From Oscillospiraceae bacterium (GTDB lineage: Bacteria; Bacillota; Clostridia; Oscillospirales; CAG-272), in NCBI GenBank assembly GCA_015064585.1, contig SVRY01000001.1, positions 61,558 to 125,557 on the forward strand: a DNA stretch of 64,000 nucleotides, in the 5' to 3' direction. The position numbers and the translations under genes are program-made. Positions 8,319-17,039 of the stretch are shown piece by piece (the first letter of the stretch is position 1; each line of letters begins with the position of its first letter). The notes below the pieces were generated by a model. The model made no database searches, was not told the origin of the DNA, and was given only the letters and a program-made list of their open reading frames with translations.

Positions 8319-9335
8319 TCATCTTCTGTGGGTTGCGCTGGGATTGAGAGAAAAGTCGGAGAAGTTGCCTGCTTCAGCCTCATAATAAGCTTGTGCACCA
8401 ATCATGGCGGCGTTGTCGCCGCAAAGCGACAGCTCGGGGATATAGATCTGTACATTTCTTTTTTTGCCAAATGCCAGGACTGCTTGCCGCAAATGTGAGT
8501 TGGCGGAAACACCGCCTGCCAATACGAATTTTGTGAATCCATACCGGTCCTTTGCTTCGTGCAGCCGTTCGGTAATAGCGCCGGTGACAGCTTTGGTGAA
8601 GGATGCGGCAATGTCTTCTTTGCTATATTCCTCGCCTTTTTGACGGCAAGTATTCAGATAGTTGATAACGGCAGTTTTGAGTCCGCTGAAGGAGAAATCC
8701 AAAGTATCTCCTTGGATGGCGGCAGAGGGGAATCGGATCGATTTGGGATTTCCCAGTGTTGCCAAACGATCCATTTCCGCGCCTCCCGGGTATGGCAAGC
8801 CCATTGTGCGTGCCACCTTATCGAAGCACTCACCCACAGCGTCATCTCGTGTTTTACCCACCGTTTCCACGGTGGTAAAATCTGTGAATGAGAGTAGCGA
8901 GGTGTGACCGCCGGAGGTAACCATAGCAAAAAAAGGAGGTTTCAATGCGGGGTGAGAGAGATAGGCGGCGGCTACGTGCCCCATAATATGGTCGACTGCC
9001 ACCAGCGGCTTTCGGTTGGCGTATGCGTAGGCTTTTGCAAAATTTACACCTACAAGCAGTGCGCCGATCAATCCGGGATGTGCTGTTACACCTACCAGAT
9101 CCACGTTTTTAACGGTGATATTTGCCTGTTTAAGGGCATTTTCGGTCAAGGAGGAAATGGCTTCGGTATGGGCTCGGCTGGCAATCTCGGGTACAACTCC
9201 GCCGTACAATGCGTGAATTGATACCTGAGAAGCAACCAGTGATGAGAGTATTTTGCGTATACCGCTCTTTTCGTCCATTTCAAGGACGGCGACGGCGGTT
9301 TCATCGCAGGAGGATTCAAATGCCAGGACGATCAT
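8319..9335 (-). CDS. tsaD: tRNA N6-adenosine threonylcarbamoyltransferase TsaD (Gcp/Kae1)
   Basis: 338 aa. MIVLAFESSCDETAVAV...HMGHV...SGGHT...LAGGVSAN are typical TsaD motifs. Confidence 0.95.
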   Translation of the reverse strand: MIVLAFESSCDETAVAVLEMDEKSGIRKILSSLVASQVSIHALYGGVVPEIASRAHTEAISSLTENALKQANITVKNVDLVGVTAHPGLIGALLVGVNFAKAYAYANRKPLVAVDHIMGHVAAAYLSHPALKPPFFAMVTSGGHTSLLSFTDFTTVETVGKTRDDAVGECFDKVARTMGLPYPGGAEMDRLATLGNPKSIRFPSAAIQGDTLDFSFSGLKTAVINYLNTCRQKGEEYSKEDIAASFTKAVTGAITERLHEAKDRYGFTKFVLAGGVSANSHLRQAVLAFGKKRNVQIYIPELSLCGDNAAMIGAQAYYEAEAGNFSDFSLNPSATHRR

Positions 9336-10231
9336 AGGGATTCCTTTTGTGTATTGTTAAGTGAAAGATACATCAGTAATGCATCTTCTACCGGATTTTG
9401 GTAGTAATTTTTCCGTTTGGACTCATATTCAAATCCAAACTTTTCATAAAGCTTTTGGGCGGCGATATTGGACTGCCGTACTTCAAGCCGCAGGGTTTGG
9501 GCATTATAGGTTTTACAGTGGGCAATTACTGCCTGTAGCAATTCTGATCCGACGCCTTTTTCTCTGTTTTGGGCATCAACGGCAATGTTGTACAGTTCTG
9601 CTTCTTCAAACAGCACTGAAAAAATTGCATATCCTGTCAGTGTTCCTTTTTCTATCTTTACAATTCCATGGGTAACGGGATTTTCCATACTGACAAGAAA
9701 GGATTCTTCACTCCACGGGGTTGTGAAACTGTTGCGTTCAATATGGTAAATGGACGCCACATCGTTTTTGATGAGGGGTAAAATACCTTCACTGCGAGCA
9801 GTTACCGTTCGGTAAAGTTCCGAAACCCCGTTGCGTATGCTCGCAAGCGTTGATAGATATACAGAAAGATCACAGCCGTACGGATCGGGAATTTCATCAG
9901 GGAAGACTGTAATTTTATCACGATACTGCGGAAAATGGGTACGCAGTATATCAGCATGTTGATTGGTGATCCCGACCACGAGATCTGCGTTTTGCAGGTC
10001 TTCTTTTGAAATTTGACGAGATAAGTGATTGGGATAAGGGGCGCGCGTGTCGATGGGTGTGCCTGTAAAACGCAGAGCTTCCAATGAACCATGGCTTATG
10101 GCATCGCCCGGATAGGCATGGAGTCCTGCTGAAGCAGCAGAACAGTTTGGATCATGTAAGGCGTTGAGCAAAGCGGCAGCCATAGGTGAACGGCAGGTGT
10201 TTCCGGAACAAACAAAAAGTATGTTTTTCAT
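9332..10231 (-). CDS. Fusion protein: N-terminal low-molecular-weight protein (Tyr/Arg) phosphatase plus C-terminal RimI-type GNAT N-acetyltransferase
   Basis: Residues 1-145 carry the CX5R(S) loop (CSGNTCRS) and DPYG. Residues ~150-299 are RimI-like (TPWSEESF...NIAVDAQNREKGVGSELL...LEVRQSNIAAQKLYEKFGF). ATGA overlap with tsaD at 9332-9335. Confidence 0.85.
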   Translation of the reverse strand: MKNILFVCSGNTCRSPMAAALLNALHDPNCSAASAGLHAYPGDAISHGSLEALRFTGTPIDTRAPYPNHLSRQISKEDLQNADLVVGITNQHADILRTHFPQYRDKITVFPDEIPDPYGCDLSVYLSTLASIRNGVSELYRTVTARSEGILPLIKNDVASIYHIERNSFTTPWSEESFLVSMENPVTHGIVKIEKGTLTGYAIFSVLFEEAELYNIAVDAQNREKGVGSELLQAVIAHCKTYNAQTLRLEVRQSNIAAQKLYEKFGFEYESKRKNYYQNPVEDALLMYLSLNNTQKESL

Positions 10232-10719
10232 CAGTATCCAAAGGTTCCGGTCAGACTGTCATCGTTTTCAATCCAATCTTGTACGGAATATTCGGTATAG
10301 GTATCTTTATCTTCGCGTACGATAACATTCCTGATGCCGGCGTTGATGATCATGCGTTTGCACATGGCACAACTGCTCACATTGCCCACAACCGTTTTAG
10401 CTGCGGGATCAATACAGGTCATATACAGTGTCGCACCTATCATAGATTCTCTGCCTGCGGCGATAATTGCATTTGCCTCGGCGTGTACCGAGCGGCATAG
10501 CTCATACCGTTCGCCGCGCGGAATGGAAAGGCGTTCTCGCATACAGTATTTTAGATCACAACAGTTTTTTCTGCCGCGAGGGGCTCCGTTGTAACCGGTG
10601 GCAATGATAGAATCGTTTTGTACGATGATTGCGCCAAAACTGCGCCGCAGACAGGTGCCGCGGCTGGCAACGGTTTGTGCGATATCTAAATAGTAGTTGT
10701 GTTTACTGACACGCTCCAT
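10231..10719 (-). CDS. comEB: Deoxycytidylate (dCMP) deaminase, ComEB family
   Basis: 162 aa with zinc motifs VHAEANAI and CAMCKRMIINAGI. Its stop shares 1 nt with the start of the downstream fusion gene. Confidence 0.85.
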   Translation of the reverse strand: MERVSKHNYYLDIAQTVASRGTCLRRSFGAIIVQNDSIIATGYNGAPRGRKNCCDLKYCMRERLSIPRGERYELCRSVHAEANAIIAAGRESMIGATLYMTCIDPAAKTVVGNVSSCAMCKRMIINAGIRNVIVREDKDTYTEYSVQDWIENDDSLTGTFGY

Positions 10720-10827
10720 ATAGTGTTCCTTTCGGTCTTTGGATATTTATCCACACTTATTATAGCGCATATTTTTTAATAAATCAAGAACATTTTATGT
10801 ATTTTTTTATTTTTTGTTGTTTTTTTG

Positions 10828-11730
10828 TCAATTTTTTTGTATTGAACTAGATGGATATACTCCTGTGAGGTCAAATGCAGGTGTAAATACATGACTGGCG
10901 GAGCTTCTGTCCTGCATGTAGCCTTTGAATCCCAGTTTCAATGCATACTCAACCACAGTATGGTATTCAAATTCAGTAATTCTGCGTGTGGGCGCACCCG
11001 AGGCATTTGGCTGAGGAGTATATTGGCTCATGAGCGAAATAAGGATGTTATCAGTGCCAAAATCGTTATTGAGAATATCCAGAATCCGCATACTGTCTTT
11101 TCGGCATCCGGGTATGATCAAATGGCGAACCAAAACTCCCGATTGCAATATGCCCTGCTCGTTGAGCTTGGGTTTTCCTGTTTGTAAGATCATAGCTTTG
11201 ATGGCATTATGAACAATATCGGGGTAGTCGGAAGCGTGACAAAACTGTTTTGCCAGTGATTCGTCGGCGAATTTATAATCGGGTAAATAACAATCGGCAA
11301 TACGCCCCATGGTGCAAATGGCTTCCGGTAGATCATATCCGCCTGTATTACAGACGATGGGAATGCCCAGTTCTTCTTTTATGGGCTCTATTGCTTCGCA
11401 GATTTGGCGGGCATAATGCATGGGGGTAACAAGATTGATATTTTCTGCACCTTGGTCTTTCAGTTCCATACAAATTTCCTGCAGGCGTTTTGATGAAATG
11501 ACGGCGCCTGCTTTGCCTCTGCTGATCTCGTTGTTTTGGCAAAACACACAGCCCAATGAGCAACCGCTGAAAAAGATCGTTCCCGATCCATGTGTTCCCG
11601 AGATGCACGGCTCTTCCCACATATGCAAGGCGGCGCGGGCAACTTTTAGTTCAGACGGCACTTGGCAATAGCCAAGTGTGTTTGTTCGGTCAACTTGACA
11701 GTTGCGGGGACAAAGTTGACATTTGTTCAT
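10828..11730 (-). CDS. Radical SAM protein, PflX-like (homologue of pyruvate formate-lyase activating enzymes)
   Basis: CQLCPRNC...LHMWEEPCISG...GSGTIFFSGCSLGCVFCQN signature. Start set at ATG 11730 (GGAG 6 nt upstream) rather than 11742. Confidence 0.8.
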   Translation of the reverse strand: MNKCQLCPRNCQVDRTNTLGYCQVPSELKVARAALHMWEEPCISGTHGSGTIFFSGCSLGCVFCQNNEISRGKAGAVISSKRLQEICMELKDQGAENINLVTPMHYARQICEAIEPIKEELGIPIVCNTGGYDLPEAICTMGRIADCYLPDYKFADESLAKQFCHASDYPDIVHNAIKAMILQTGKPKLNEQGILQSGVLVRHLIIPGCRKDSMRILDILNNDFGTDNILISLMSQYTPQPNASGAPTRRITEFEYHTVVEYALKLGFKGYMQDRSSASHVFTPAFDLTGVYPSSSIQKN

Positions 11731-11769
11731 ATAAATCTCCATTCTTGGTACAAATAATACTATTCAATA

Positions 11770-11790
11770 TTGTGCCGCATTGCGGCACAA
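11770..11790. promoter_or_regulatory. 21-bp perfect palindrome, candidate operator upstream of the PflX-like gene
   Basis: TTGTGCCGCA-T-TGCGGCACAA lies 40-60 nt upstream of the start at 11730. Its outer half-sites TTGTG/CACAA resemble Rex or CRP/FNR-type operators. Confidence 0.3.
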
Positions 11791-11886
11791 AGAGCGGGTC
11801 GTTTGAAAAAAGGAAAAGAAGGTGAGAATTGAAGAGTTGATTTAATCGTGATGGGTATTCAAAATCGATTTTGGATTCTTCGTAAC

Positions 11887-11919
11887 AAAAAAGCTGTCCA
11901 CAAAAGTGACAGCTTTTTT
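11887..11919. terminator. Bidirectional terminator downstream of the zinc-ribbon gene
   Basis: AAAAAAGCTGTC, 9-nt loop, GACAGCTTTTTT: a stem flanked by an A-run and a T-run. Confidence 0.7.
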
Positions 11920-12014
11920 GTTCGTTCGACGAGCTCGTCGTTCGCTTGTGTGATTTCAGTTAGAAGTTCCCGTGTTGAGACTGTTACAAACTATCGCAAT
12001 CGGGGAATTTGGAA

Positions 12015-12293
12015 TCACTGCTCCTGCTTCATCTCAGCATAGCATTCACTGCAGTACACAGGTCTGTCGTTGCTGGGCTGGAAGGGAACCAGTGCTTCTT
12101 TACCGCACTTGAAACAAGTGGTGGTGAAAAATTCTCTCTGGGGCTTGCCTGCGTTCTTGCGCTGGTTACGGCATGCCTTGCATCTCTGAGGCTGGTTCTG
12201 GAAGCCCTTTTCCGCATAGAATTCCTGTTCACCGGCAGTGAATACGAATTCGTTTCCGCAGTCCTTGCACTTCAAAGTGATGTCCTGATACAT
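12015..12293 (-). CDS. Small zinc-ribbon protein with four CxxC pairs, function unknown
   Basis: 92 aa: KCKDCG...RCKACRN...TCFKCGK...YCSECYA. The coding-like codon pattern excludes the overlapping track ORFs. Confidence 0.75.
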   Translation of the reverse strand: MYQDITLKCKDCGNEFVFTAGEQEFYAEKGFQNQPQRCKACRNQRKNAGKPQREFFTTTCFKCGKEALVPFQPSNDRPVYCSECYAEMKQEQ

Positions 12294-12477
12294 TGTTTGT
12301 TACCTCGCTTTGCGATTATGTTATTTTACCCTAGGGCGGACTCTCACCGCCACCTTTGAAACTATAGGATGTCACAACGCTCTGTTGTTTGAGCTACACG
12401 GGCATATATCTTGACAGTTGTGAAACTGTTTATAAGTCAAATTGTATATGCAATCAGCAACTGAATTGCAGCCTCGC

Positions 12478-13020
12478 TCATTCGGTTTTGCTTTGGGCTG
12501 TACGAATCTTCTGGCGAATCCGATACAGGGCGTTGTCGATTGATTTGGGATCTGATTTCAGTTTTTGGGCTATTTCTTTATAAGAATAATTTTCAAGACG
12601 CAACTTCAAAACCTGTTTTTCGTATCGAGTCAGTAATTCTGAAAATTGCTCTTCTAAGTCTTCTTGACAGGGAGTGATTTGTTCGGCAGGAACAGCTGTT
12701 ATCTTTGCGACTTTATTCTTTTGCGCATAACGCCTCTGCTTTCGCAACGCAGATACCAAACGATTGCGAATGCAAATTTTAGCAAACAAGCCGAAGGTCA
12801 CTTTGCTTTGTTTTGTGTCATATTTGATTGCGGCACTGTAAAACGCGATATTGGCCTCCTGCAACAGATCATCGCGCCCCATTGTATCGGGGGGCATGCT
12901 ACCAAGAAAACTCTCGATTTGAGAAAGAATCAGTGGTTGATACTGCTGTGCCAGTCGGTTAAAAGCGCCTTGATCACCTGCGCGTACGAAATCAAGACAT
13001 TCTGCTAGAGTTTCGTCCAT
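12478..13020 (-). CDS. Sigma-70 family RNA polymerase sigma factor (regions 2 and 4 only)
   Basis: 180 aa. Region 2 (DDLLQEANIAFYSAAIKYD...FGLFAKICIRNRL) and region 4 HTH (YSYKEIAQKLKSDPKSIDNALYRIRQKI). Confidence 0.8.
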   Translation of the reverse strand: MDETLAECLDFVRAGDQGAFNRLAQQYQPLILSQIESFLGSMPPDTMGRDDLLQEANIAFYSAAIKYDTKQSKVTFGLFAKICIRNRLVSALRKQRRYAQKNKVAKITAVPAEQITPCQEDLEEQFSELLTRYEKQVLKLRLENYSYKEIAQKLKSDPKSIDNALYRIRQKIRTAQSKTE

Positions 13021-13167
13021 TTTTCCTCCGAAAGGCGGTCAAATTCCTGTATAAAACCATTATAGCACCGATTTTGGTTTTGTCAATAGCTTTTTTGCAT
13101 ATTTTCTTTACTTTGTCGACTTTTTACATGATAAAGGCGCGTTTTTTGTCGATTTTGCTGAAGGGTA

Positions 13168-13722
13168 TCATAGAAGATAATCTGCCTCTCCTGAAAGCAA
13201 TGCTAATATGGATCGATAAACTGTTTCCGGATTTTCTTCAAAGTGATGGCGCATGCGGTTGAGCTGATATCGGTTGTCCACAACCACAGACAATTCCATG
13301 GTGGGGCTGTTGGGTTCGGCTACAGCGCATTTTAAATCGAATTTTCCGTCCGGGCGCTGGACTGCCTCGGTATGGACAAAACAGCCCTTGCGGCTGAAAG
13401 AAAGATATCTCAAAGCACTTTTTAAGCTCTTGGTGCGGATATAACCGATGATGTCGCTTTGCAGAGCGGCAGCCACGGAGAGGCCTTGTTCGGTGATGAT
13501 ATATTTGTTTGTGTTTGGTTCATCTTCGCTTTTGCATTCGTTGATATTGCCTGTTTCCAACAACTCGGAGAAGCATTCTGCAAATTCGATGCTACCGACA
13601 AAATTGTCTTGCACCGAAATGTCATTGATTTGCGCATAGGTCAACGGATATCCTACATTGCTGAGCAAATAAAGAATAAAAATTTTTATATCGGTCTTGT
13701 TTTTTAATTTTGTTTTTAACAT
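13168..13722 (-). CDS. DUF4364-like protein (predicted winged-helix N-terminus), function unknown
   Basis: Start set at ATG 13722 (AAAGGAA RBS). KIFILYLLSNVGYPLTYAQINDI... matches my recollection of the DUF4364 family, not verified by HMM. Confidence 0.65.
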   Translation of the reverse strand: MLKTKLKNKTDIKIFILYLLSNVGYPLTYAQINDISVQDNFVGSIEFAECFSELLETGNINECKSEDEPNTNKYIITEQGLSVAAALQSDIIGYIRTKSLKSALRYLSFSRKGCFVHTEAVQRPDGKFDLKCAVAEPNSPTMELSVVVDNRYQLNRMRHHFEENPETVYRSILALLSGEADYLL

Positions 13723-13738
13723 GTTAGTTCCTTTTGTG

Positions 13739-13776
13739 AAAAAGGGGTTGTCGCAACAATGCGAACAACCCCTTTG
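13739..13776 (-). terminator. Rho-independent terminator after the substrate-binding protein gene
   Basis: On the minus strand, AAAGGGGTTGT, loop, ACAACCCCTTT, followed by a T-run. Confidence 0.7.
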
Positions 13777-13851
13777 ATTCTTTTCATAAATATTGCTTAT
13801 CGTGCGATCAAAAAGTGACATTGATCCGGCGATATGGTGTTTTCGCGTAAA

Positions 13852-15828
13852 TTACTTTTCTGCTTCGGCTTCCTCTTCTACGGGTTCAACATAGTTTTTG
13901 TAGGTAACTTTTGCAAAGTTTACGCCGCCGCCCCAAGAATACTTAAAGTTGCCCAGTTCTTTGCTTACATAATAGCCGTTCTGGTATACAAACAAAGGCA
14001 TAACAGGCATATCGGCGATGAGCATGGCTTCTGCCTTATGCAGAATGGCTGCACGCTTTGTAAGATCCTTTTCAGCAAATGCCTGGTTGATCAGCTTATT
14101 ATAGTTTTCACTGGCATAGCCGGTTACATGGTCAGCTGCAATGGGAGCGTTGTCGTCCGCATCAGTTGCCTGGTTGTACTGGCCAAGGTCAATGGAGCCG
14201 CCGTTATAGAAGGTTGCATAGCTTGCCAATGTTGCAAACGGGTCTACCGACAACTGTTGCATATCAATGGCAATGATATCAAAACCGGCAAGAAGATCTG
14301 CGTGTTTTTCGGGAGTCAGTTTGTCGCCCAACAGCTTTTGCTTTCTTGCAGGAATGACAACATCCTTGCCGCCTGCCAAATAGCAAGCGGTATACAGGTC
14401 GAATATGAGGTTTTCATATTCGGATGCCAGCGGATCGTAAGTGGGATCACTTTCAGCTACCATGTTGATATCGTCGTAAACGTAGTAACCCAGTTTGCGT
14501 ACCGAGCACTTCAAACCGAGCTGCTTGTTCCATACGTCAGCACAGTATTCTGCAATTTCAATGGCAACTTCATCGGTTGCCTTTACGGTAATGGTAAAGG
14601 GAGTGCTTGTGTCGATGCCGGACTTCTTGATCAGAGATTTAGCTTCTGTCAGATCGGCAGTGGCATTGATCAAAACATTTTCGGTATTACGGAACTGAGT
14701 CTTGCTCTTATAGGTGGTTTCGAATACGCCTTGAGGAACAATACCTTCAGCGGGCTTTGCGAACACTACCTTTTCTACCAGTTTGTTGCGGTCAATGGCA
14801 AGCGACAGTGCGCGGCGCACATCAGCGCTCTTGAAAAGATCGTTGTTGGTGTTGAACAGATAGGTGTGTGTAGACAGAGTGTCAACGATGGTGGCACCTT
14901 CTTCACTGCGGTTTGCAAGCGGGAACAAAGCATTGACGAGTACTTCGCCTGCCTTGTACTGTTCGTATCCGTATTTATCGGCACCGGAAATTCTGGCAGA
15001 GGAATCGGCACCGAAGATGAATTCCAGACGGTAGGGCAGTACAAATTCGTTTACCAGATCCTCTTCGTCTTCTTCGATACATCTGAGGTAGTAACGGTTA
15101 CGTTCCAAACGCATAAGCAACTGACCGGAGCCTTCTTCGACAGAAAGGTTCTTCAAGAAGAAGGGACCGTTTGCAAGAACGATAGCGTTGGTGGATGCCC
15201 AGTCATTATCATCGGTTTTGTTAACGGCAGTGTCACGCAACGGCACGAGTGCGGGGCTTGCCAAGTATTCAAGGAAAAGATCCATGTTGGGCTTTTCGGC
15301 AAAGGTGATACGGAGGGTATCACTGTCAACTGCCTGCGCGCCAAGGTCGAACTTGGTGATCTCGCCTACGGCGTTTCTGATCTCATAGGCGTTTTCTATC
15401 ATGTACAGCATGCTTGCTGCGGGAGATTGGTTGGCAGGATCCAGAATCCGTCTCCAAGCATATACGAAATCGTCTGCTTTAACAGTGACCTGGTCGTTCC
15501 AACGAGTTTCACGAATGGTGATTTCAATGATATAGGTTTCGGTCTTGTCGTCATTTTCGATCCATTTGTAACCGGTAGCAAGACCCTTTACGACCTTGCC
15601 TTTTGCGTCATACTTATACAGACCTTCATACATCAAGCTCAGCAAAGATGCGGCGGTGTTGTCAAGGTATGCAAGCTGTGGGTCAAATGTGGTGGGAATT
15701 TCCGAAAAATACACGGGAATGATCGGTCCGGTGTAGTCCTCGTTGTATTTCTCACCGCATCCGGCAAATGTAAAGCATGCGGATGCAAGCATAATGAGGC
15801 AAAGAATAGCGGATAATACTTTTTTCAT
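13852..15828 (-). CDS. ABC transporter substrate-binding lipoprotein, family 5 (peptide/nickel, OppA-like)
   Basis: 658 aa. Signal peptide with lipobox (LASACFTFAGC). Length and motifs fit SBP family 5. The codon-aligned 660-aa plus-strand ORF is antisense noise. Confidence 0.9.
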   Translation of the reverse strand: MKKVLSAILCLIMLASACFTFAGCGEKYNEDYTGPIIPVYFSEIPTTFDPQLAYLDNTAASLLSLMYEGLYKYDAKGKVVKGLATGYKWIENDDKTETYIIEITIRETRWNDQVTVKADDFVYAWRRILDPANQSPAASMLYMIENAYEIRNAVGEITKFDLGAQAVDSDTLRITFAEKPNMDLFLEYLASPALVPLRDTAVNKTDDNDWASTNAIVLANGPFFLKNLSVEEGSGQLLMRLERNRYYLRCIEEDEEDLVNEFVLPYRLEFIFGADSSARISGADKYGYEQYKAGEVLVNALFPLANRSEEGATIVDTLSTHTYLFNTNNDLFKSADVRRALSLAIDRNKLVEKVVFAKPAEGIVPQGVFETTYKSKTQFRNTENVLINATADLTEAKSLIKKSGIDTSTPFTITVKATDEVAIEIAEYCADVWNKQLGLKCSVRKLGYYVYDDINMVAESDPTYDPLASEYENLIFDLYTACYLAGGKDVVIPARKQKLLGDKLTPEKHADLLAGFDIIAIDMQQLSVDPFATLASYATFYNGGSIDLGQYNQATDADDNAPIAADHVTGYASENYNKLINQAFAEKDLTKRAAILHKAEAMLIADMPVMPLFVYQNGYYVSKELGNFKYSWGGGVNFAKVTYKNYVEPVEEEAEAEK

Positions 15829-15901
15829 TTCTCTGGTTCCCCCTTATTGAATCAAACGGATTCGGTGTGCCGACCGCTCCGTCGCAGTATTCTACTCCAG
15901 T

Positions 15902-15930
15902 ATTATATCACCTTTTTTTTCGATAATCAA
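15902..15930 (-). promoter_or_regulatory. Sigma-A type promoter candidate for the substrate-binding protein gene
   Basis: The minus strand reads TTGATT, 17 nt, TATAAT, about 75 nt upstream of the ATG at 15828. Confidence 0.5.
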
Positions 15931-16142
15931 GAGGATAGACCACAGGTTTTTTTCAAAAAAAGTTTTTTAGACGATTGCACAATATCAGGCCCTCAAATTT
16001 GTGATTTTGCAACAAAAAAACATCCTTAATTTTTAAAAAACGTTCTTTCGCATAGAGAAATTGTCGTCAAAATTAAAATTTTATGAGTAAAATACCAAAA
16101 AATGTATACACTAAAAACAGAAAATGCAGGGAGGGATGAAAA

Positions 16143-17027
16143 ATGATCGATGAATATATCCATACAGACCTGGCAACGGAGTGTCGGGATGATGCGGGAG
16201 CGGGGGAGGCACAGGGCGTTATTTATTCGGAAGTTGCCCATGGAGCGGTGACGGTTTCCCGGATCGAGATTGTGAACGAAGAGGGGGAGAGAGCGCTTGG
16301 AAAACCGAGGGGGAAATACATTACCCTATCTTTTGCGGAGCCCTGGATGCTGGATGGGGAGGCGCAGGAGACTTTGTGCAGAATGCTGTCGGAACAGTTG
16401 GAGGCACTTTTGTATGACGCCGTGCCGAACGTGAAAACGGTATTGGTGGTTGGGCTTGGCAATCGGCGGATTACGGCAGATGCAGTGGGGCCGCAGACGC
16501 TGGAGCGCATTACCGTGACAAGGCATTTGCAGGCACTGGACCCTTCGCTTTTTCGCCGTGTGGGACAGTTGTCGGTGGCGGCATTGACCCCGGGGGTTTT
16601 GGGAGATACGGGTATGGAGGCGGCGGATCTTGTGGCAAAAGCCGCTGAGACGGTTAAGCCGGATGCGGTGATTGTTGTGGATGCACTTGCGGCACGACAC
16701 GTTGACAAACTGGGACGCACGATCCAACTGTCAAACAGCGGGATTTCCCCCGGTTCCGGCGTTGGTAACCGCCGTCAAGCGCTGTCCAAAGAAACTTTGG
16801 GTGTTCCCGTGTTGGCGCTGGGGGTGCCGACTGTGGTGAATTCGGCAACGCTTGTGCGCGATGCGCTGTCCGAGGCAGGAATTGAACTGCTTTCCTCAGC
16901 ATTGCAGGAGGTTTTGGCAAACGGAAAGAGCTTTTTTGTTACCCCGAAAGAAAGTGATGCGGCGGTGGATGCGCTTGCGGATATACTGTCGCAGTCTCTG
17001 GATATGGCATTGGCTGTCGATCGTTAG
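16143..17027 (+). CDS. gpr: GPR endopeptidase (spore germination protease)
   Basis: 294 aa: HTDLA...ITLSF...VVGLGNRRITADAVGPQT...VIVVDALAAR are GPR signatures. GGGAGGG RBS. Confidence 0.9.
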   Translation: MIDEYIHTDLATECRDDAGAGEAQGVIYSEVAHGAVTVSRIEIVNEEGERALGKPRGKYITLSFAEPWMLDGEAQETLCRMLSEQLEALLYDAVPNVKTVLVVGLGNRRITADAVGPQTLERITVTRHLQALDPSLFRRVGQLSVAALTPGVLGDTGMEAADLVAKAAETVKPDAVIVVDALAARHVDKLGRTIQLSNSGISPGSGVGNRRQALSKETLGVPVLALGVPTVVNSATLVRDALSEAGIELLSSALQEVLANGKSFFVTPKESDAAVDALADILSQSLDMALAVDR

Positions 17028-17039
17028 GAGGGGAATAGG

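Noticed and set aside
10747-10755. Isolated perfect DnaA boxes: TTATCCACA at 10747-10755 and TGTGGATAA at 54499-54507.
   Set aside because: A single exact 9-mer is expected about 0.5 times by chance in 64 kb counting both strands. Neither has neighbouring boxes, and the second lies across a start codon.
12294-12477. The 184-nt leader of the zinc-ribbon gene as a riboswitch or sRNA.
   Set aside because: It contains only short hairpins, and I recognise no conserved riboswitch core by eye. It needs a covariance-model scan, so it is left as an observation within the cluster finding rather than a feature.
13834-15816. A 660-aa plus-strand ORF almost exactly coextensive with the substrate-binding protein gene. 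Similar long antisense ORFs occur at 59935-61443, 27642-28595, 22360-23325, 29554-30423, 45976-46806, 49573-50322, 39651-40418 and 63321-63992.
   Set aside because: For 13834-15816 I checked that it is codon-aligned with the minus-strand gene, so it stays open simply because that gene avoids the TTA, CTA and TCA codons. The others lie opposite clearly homologous genes and are most likely the same effect, though I did not check their codon registers. Their translations are low-complexity (Cys, Phe, Val and Ile rich), lack an RBS and lack recognisable motifs. The opposite-strand products, by contrast, have strong family signatures (SBP family 5, IleS, SerS, EF-G, MORN, MetG and others).
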